Part shown: in pieces, positions 58,190 to 64,000 of the stretch
Position numbering within the stretch: position 1 is the first letter of the stretch
Layout of the letters: each line of letters begins with the position of its first letter
DNA from: Rhizodiscina lignyota
Taxonomy: Eukaryota
DNA length: 64,000 nt
Direction: 5' to 3'
Assembly (NCBI GenBank): GCA_010015805.1
Contig: ML978121.1
Location: forward strand, 1,240,001 to 1,304,000
The notes under the pieces: model-generated
Database searches by the model: none
Seen by the model: the letters and a program-made list of their open reading frames with translations, nothing else
What the model was told of the DNA's origin: nothing
Position numbers and translations under genes: made by a program

Positions 58190-59107
58190 ATGAAAGTCAA
58201 AACTCGTTTTCTCATTCTCTCAGACACGCACGACGAATACGATGAGCTCCAGAGTCTGCCCAAAGCAGATGTTCTCTTGCACTGCGGTGACCTAACTCAG
58301 ACCGGTAGCCTGTCGAGCTATCAAAGAGTCATCGATATGATGAAGCAGGTCCCAGCAGAGCTCAAGCTTATCATCGCTGGCGACCAGGATATCTCTTTGG
58401 ATGCCGAATGGTGGAAGCGGAACCTTATCGAGGACGAAGACGACCCTGAAGAGTCGCGAAAAGCTCTTGGCCTGTTTACAGACAAAAGCGCACTTGGAGC
58501 TGGCATTCGTTACCTTGAGGAGGGCATCCACAAGTTCGTCCTCAGCACTGGAGCTACATTCACACTTTACGCATCCTCATACACGCCTGAGTCCGATGGC
58601 TACGCTTTTACCTACGCTCACAACGAGGATCGTTTCAACCGCCCGCCAACCCTCTCTCCAGGTGTCCAGTCATTCGCAACAAATCCAATTCCGAAAGGGG
58701 TCGACATCGTGATGACACACGGACCGCCACGCATTGAAGACGGCTCCTACACTCTCGACCTCAATCGGGAAAGCGAGGCTTGTGGTTGCCCTTACCTGTT
58801 CCGGGCTATCAAACGGGTGAAGCCACTCCTGCATTGTTTCGGTCACGTTCACGAAGGCCGTGGTATCCAGAAAATCAATTGGGATCTGCCAGAGCAGACG
58901 GTAGAGACGATAACCCCGAGTTTGTTCGTGAACAAGGGTAACAATCTCTTGGGTGTTGGAACCACCTCTAGCACGGCAACGCCGTTCAAGCCAGACTATC
59001 AAACGCTGCTTGTCAATGCGGCCGTGAGTCCAGGCGATGGAGAGGATCATGCGGCCTGGTTGGTTGATTTGGATCTAGATGTTGTAACTCGGACCTCCAT
59101 GCTGTAG
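58190..59107 (+). CDS. Calcineurin-like metallophosphoesterase (MPPED type)
   Basis: SDTH, HCGDLT, MTHGPP, GC..L, HCFGHVHE and LVNAA. Motif III is altered (GDQD). Confidence 0.88.
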   Translation: MKVKTRFLILSDTHDEYDELQSLPKADVLLHCGDLTQTGSLSSYQRVIDMMKQVPAELKLIIAGDQDISLDAEWWKRNLIEDEDDPEESRKALGLFTDKSALGAGIRYLEEGIHKFVLSTGATFTLYASSYTPESDGYAFTYAHNEDRFNRPPTLSPGVQSFATNPIPKGVDIVMTHGPPRIEDGSYTLDLNRESEACGCPYLFRAIKRVKPLLHCFGHVHEGRGIQKINWDLPEQTVETITPSLFVNKGNNLLGVGTTSSTATPFKPDYQTLLVNAAVSPGDGEDHAAWLVDLDLDVVTRTSML

Positions 59108-60424
59108 AGTATATGAGGAATTTCTATTGTGGTTTTCCTGTCCTTCGAAGCATCAAGGAAGCATTTGCTATTCAGCAGCCCGGAAATTGCACAGTACCAG
59201 AATATCCTGGTGTTTCATTTCTTTTGCAGGATGTTTTTGTTTTCGTTGTATTGGTACGCACCACAGTATGGTCCTGCCAGGACGTTCAAGCCGTATTTGG
59301 CAGGGTATTAACCTGGTTAGGCTCGGAGAAGGGTGGTCAGATTCCATACAGGGACCACAGGGGTGCAGATCTGATGATTTTATTCCATCGGCAAATTAGA
59401 AGCTTTACTGCTCTATTTCATACCAAACATTACCGTAATTTTTTTCTCCATATTTGGTTGTTGCGTCTTTGCTTCTATTTCTGGTGTTGCGGCTGCCGCC
59501 GATCATTTCCATTGGCAAAGAGAGCCACGCGAGATCTTCAACCATCGCCACTCCACTGACGTTCCTTCTTATTTCTACTTTCGCACTTCGTCCTGCACCC
59601 TATCGTCACGCACTGCAGGCTACAAGCTTTTGTTACAGGCTGGCGAGAATGTATTAGATCTCGCCCTCTTCCGCCTCTTCACCTTTGTGGTATGGTAATA
59701 GTCAAGGGTCATGGATCAGTTCCTTACAGATTGCGGCTCAATTACTCTCCTGCAAATGCATCGTTGATTTGCTCAAGCTTAATAAAGCACCTTAATCCAC
59801 TGTGGCAATGGGACTTCACGCGTTTCCTTTCTCTGGCTTAGCCCGACATGCAACCGAGCTTGTGTGAACGTCACTCAGGTACATCAACTAATGGACGAAT
59901 CCATCACCTCTAGAGCATACTGTATTACTCTCTCAATTTCCGATTTATGTGAATCGAGTTGTGGACTTTGTGCTTCCTGATAGGTCATTCAGACATGTAC
60001 GCGGTTTTCCAGCTCCGCTTCCTCCCCGAGAATAGAACCCAATGCCTGCAGCAACTTTCCCAGCTGCCTATGATGTTACTGATTTCCAGATACAAGGGCC
60101 CGACCCTGGCAAGGCTTCAATCTTGAAGATATCACAGCCTTGCCTAACGGTCCACAAGTTACACAAGCCACGAAATGCAACTTCACGATCGGGTAATAGG
60201 CCTTCAGCTTCACCACATTGTCCACGCTGCTTACATTGGCAACTCCGGCTACATCTATTAAGGGAGAGAGGATGGAGAATATAAATATGCCTGCATATCT
60301 CACTTCATGTCCTCCTCCCAACAGCAAAGCAATCACTAGCATTTGAGCATTACCGCCTTCTTCAAAAGCTCTCTTCTCTCAACTATTCAGAACTTGTCAG
60401 GTGTTATTATCTACGATATTCAAA

Positions 60425-60853
60425 ATGCAATTCTCCGTCTTCTCTTTCGCCGCACTTCTTGCAGCAAGCTCCGTGCTCGCTATTCCAGCTGCATCTGCCA
60501 CTTCGAGCACTCCCGCGACCGTACAGTCAGCCCCAGCTACCAACCTGACCGCCGAGCTCGAAACCGACGTCGCCAAAGGAGCACAATCTTGCAAGGCAGT
60601 AGACTTCCTCACCGAGGTCACCTACAACGTCCACATTGGCGAGCCGTTCAAGCAGTCGCACTGCAGTGACACCAAGAAGAAGCTGAACGCCGCCAACATC
60701 ATTGGCTCGAACGCCGGTTTTGGCTGCCACAAGACGAGGAAGCATCATATGTTTATCACCTTCGAGACTGGACGCGGCCACGGGGGCAAGATCAACAAGA
60801 TCTTTGACAATGAGTTCCCGGAGGTGAACGGGTTCAACTGCCCAAACTTTTAG
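60425..60853 (+). CDS. Small secreted protein with 4 Cys (effector-like)
   Basis: TATAAATA at about 60280, caaaATG, signal peptide MQFSVFSFAALLAASSVLA, a Thr/Ala-rich spacer, four Cys, and C-ending codon bias. Confidence 0.8.
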   Translation: MQFSVFSFAALLAASSVLAIPAASATSSTPATVQSAPATNLTAELETDVAKGAQSCKAVDFLTEVTYNVHIGEPFKQSHCSDTKKKLNAANIIGSNAGFGCHKTRKHHMFITFETGRGHGGKINKIFDNEFPEVNGFNCPNF

Positions 60854-61859
60854 AGAAGTCAGGGGTGGTTGGTATTTGGGGAAACCGGTTGGGAGATGTT
60901 CATGGGGAGAAGCAGAGAGTCAAGGCAACAGATTGATTGGAGTTTGAGCTATTTGTCACTTGGGATCGTGGATTTGTGTTTTTATTCGTAGTCACTCGTT
61001 TAACCATTTATAGTCGACAAAAACCATATTCAGGCATAACAAGTTCAACGCATTGATAGACACATCACTGCAAAAACAATATTCTGGGCATAAGGTGACT
61101 TGGACAAAAATTCGATACGATGGCCCATCGATACACTATAAACAAATCCGCGCCTGCTCCTTGGCTCCTCACTTTCCTGTGCTATATTTGGACTAGCCTC
61201 CCGATCCCCCTTTTCCCTCTGGAGTCGGCAAAAAACCTCTGTGCAATCTATCAACGACGAGCGCCGAAGAAGCATAAATATGAAGCAGCTTCGGTTGGTG
61301 TTCAAGATCGCATAGATGTAAGTTTCCTGAGGTTCTGATCTCCATCTTTGACGTAGCGCCAAGTTTGCGGAGAGAAAATCTTTCATCTACATGACCGCCA
61401 GAAAACGTTGTGTACAGGAACAGCGAACACCGCAAAACCACGTCGCAAGAGTGGCAAGGTAGATATGCTTGCTGCTGCGATGAGAATGCTTACCCTGCTC
61501 ACACAGGATGCAGTATTCAATGAAAGACCCTTAGAGGCGTGCAATGCATTTCAAAAGGTTGAGCTGAGAGTGATGTAATATGTCGAACCTTGGCAGCCAT
61601 ATGTGGGAAAGAGAAGGCTCATCGTGCGGAGATCATTTGTATCTGTGTAACGACAAACGCCCTCTCAGATTGATATCTGAAACTGTCGGAATAACTTCCG
61701 TAAGCCCCGCAAGCCAACAATAGACATGTTGCAAGGCTATCAGGAGGTGAACAGTCCTCACGCGCAGACGCCGGTGAAGGGCAATGCAATACAAAACTCC
61801 CTGGGCAGCCACAATTCACGATCGATACCTCGAAACCCAATCTGCCGTATCATCACTCA

Positions 61860-63460
61860 ATGGCAAATTACTCTGTCTTGAATTTTCCCTTCTGCTTCAG
61901 AGGAAGTAGCTACGTTGCAGGATGTATACCACCGCCGTCGTCGTTCAACCCTTATAATGTCTCAAACATCACCGATTTCAAGATTGAGATGCTCCAAGAG
62001 ATTGTCTCCAACCCGGCATTTGGAATCGGCTTTGGCATCTGCGATTATGCTGGCGATATCCTACCGAAGACTTTTCAGGAAATCAACGATGCTTGGGCAG
62101 ACCCTTGGCATCTCAATGTCGGATCACTTTCGTTGCAGGCTCTCACAAACAGAACATTCCCGTATCCGCTTAATGAGTCAACCAAAGATCAGGCCGTAGG
62201 ATGGTGGTGGAATGGCGTCAACAATAGTTTTGCAGGTGTCCAGGACTTTATCTCTGCCGTCGAGGACGATTGCAGAGAGCTCATCTGTCACACGTCCAGA
62301 AGTAGTATTGGTGACCCCGACATATCGGGTATTGGGGTAAGTTGAATCTCTGAGCCGGAGAGAGATAGTCGTCGATGCGCTGACCTATATACATTGTCTA
62401 GATGCTCTGGGCAACTCTCGAGCTCATAGTTCTTGCCCTGTTATCTGCATTCCCCGCAATCCTGTACTGGTGTTCTCGTCGCAAGACTGAGAACAAGCCA
62501 CAGACTTCCGAATCCTCAACTGAAAAGAATGCCGACCACAATGTTGACCGTGGAGATAATGAGGGTCCCATAGTCGCAATTCTTGACGACTTATTCCCCG
62601 CCGTGATCGTTTTTACGTTCTCTGTTCTCCTCGCTGCAGTAGTGCTGCGCTTTCAGAACGAGCTTACGCTGATATTCGATCTCCTGATGGCCGAGATACT
62701 GAGCCTCATCAGTAGCACAGCCATGGTCATGATAGCCTCGTCATGGGCCATCTCTTTCTGGGCCGAAGGGAGACTTCGATTCTTCACGACCGTGGGATTC
62801 GTTGTGAATAGCCTCCTGACGATCACCCTTTTTGCCGCCGACTTTTGGTACCAAGACTCATCGTCCGCACTGGCATTAACTGGTTGGCCAATCGAGCGCC
62901 GGTGCCTATATCAGATTATCGGAGACAATGATCCAAACAACCTGGGCGGGAAGAGAACGTCTCTCCCAGCTTGCTTTGCTCTCTGGTGTGCTGCATTGCT
63001 AGTGTGCCTACTACGTTTGTTTCTGATGCGGCAAAAGAAGATCGTGGGAGATGAGCGCAAGGAAAAGCGGCATCTAGCGACAGTTTACGCCCTGGGGTTG
63101 ATACAAATTGCGCTGACCCTCGCGGTTCTCATCTGGCTACAGGTACTCTTCTGGGTCACTTGGACGCAGATGAGAAAGAGCTTCGGCAAAGTCTTCATCA
63201 ATACCGAAGAGAGCTGGGGATTCGGCCAGTTTCTCGCCTTGGCCACTTGGCTTCCTTCAATTCTACAGCTCTTCGAAGAGGCGTGGAGTAAGTACTCGGG
63301 GAAATGTCGCAGGCGAGACGTGAGTGGCAGTACGAAGAGCATGCGAACAAGCAGATTGCCAGCACCTTGGACTGCGATTAGATCTGGAGACAAGGAGGAC
63401 TACAAGCCTCAACAACGCTATCAGCAGTCTAAGGCTAATGGTGGTGAGCATGGCGGATGA
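61860..63460 (+). CDS. Uncharacterised fungal multipass membrane protein; exons 61860-62336, 62402-63460 (3' end uncertain)
   Basis: Cys- and N-glycosylation-site-rich N-terminal domain ending GDPDISGIG, canonical intron 62337-62401, about 7 hydrophobic segments and a terminal WGFGQ motif. Confidence 0.75.
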
Positions 63461-64000
63461 AATGAAGTACTGCAGTAGGTGAATTGATGACCCTTTCATT
63501 ACTTTACCTGAATTATATGTGCAGCAGTCTTATGATTAAAGTCTTCGTTCTTTATGCGAGCGATTCCCCCGCGATATCACGGCCGAATGGCGAGGGAGAG
63601 TATCTAATAGTCGAGACCTGTTTCTCTGGCGGTGTCGAACGCCAGACAGTCAATTTGGGTTGAGGAAGGTCTTGATATTGTTCTGGTATAGCTGTTTCGG
63701 GGTCTGTATAAGCCAGATAATTATACTAAATCTGCAACTTTGTGCAATCAAAGTTTCACACACCTCCAAGCTTGAGCCGCTCCAGCTGCATGCAGAACAT
63801 TTCATGTAGGGGTATATGCGCGACAGCTGTGAAATCGTTTGCCTTGTCATCCCTAAAACTGGAAATCACTTGAGGTGAGATACTGCACATCATCGTCGGA
63901 TTTACGTTGGCATTACATCTACTCTGATCTGGCATCGCAAGTATATCGTGCCTGACAAGCACATACGACCTCTCTTCACATCCGCAGTGCTTCTGCCTCG

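Noticed and set aside
59113..59657. Hydrophobic ORFs after the phosphoesterase
   Set aside because: T-rich 3' UTR-like composition with no motifs.
63550..64000. Possible 3' end of a minus-strand gene at the window edge
   Set aside because: The frames are interrupted by stops and no consistent splice model or family could be established from the visible part.

Overview
Eukaryotic nuclear DNA from a filamentous ascomycete (Pezizomycotina, plausibly a Dothideomycete). It has short GT-AG introns with CTRAY branch sites and about 22 protein-coding genes. No CRISPR array or intact mobile element is visible. In order the genes are: galacturonate-pathway aldolase (partial), Red1-like C3H1 zinc-finger protein, myosin II, Zn2Cys6 transcription factor, BTB protein, inositol 5-phosphatase, D-arabinitol dehydrogenase, a 71-aa Cys4 micro-protein, an acetoacetate-decarboxylase-like protein, FucP-type sugar permease, tRNA-Trp(CCA), a head-to-head pair of a AAA+ ATPase and a degenerate NACHT-like protein, ComA/Hsa32-like protein, CorA-like protein, QDE-1-type RdRP, a small PY-motif protein, ALDH, Dlt1, Apd1/Aim32-type ferredoxin, a metallophosphoesterase, a small secreted Cys protein and a multipass membrane protein. 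The most striking observation is that the tRNA-Trp gene appears to be split between nucleotides 2 and 3 by a consensus 51-nt spliceosomal-type intron, in addition to its normal tRNA intron. Removing that intron converts an A1:C72 mismatch into a G1-C72 pair. All gene models and family calls were made by eye and have not been checked by search.
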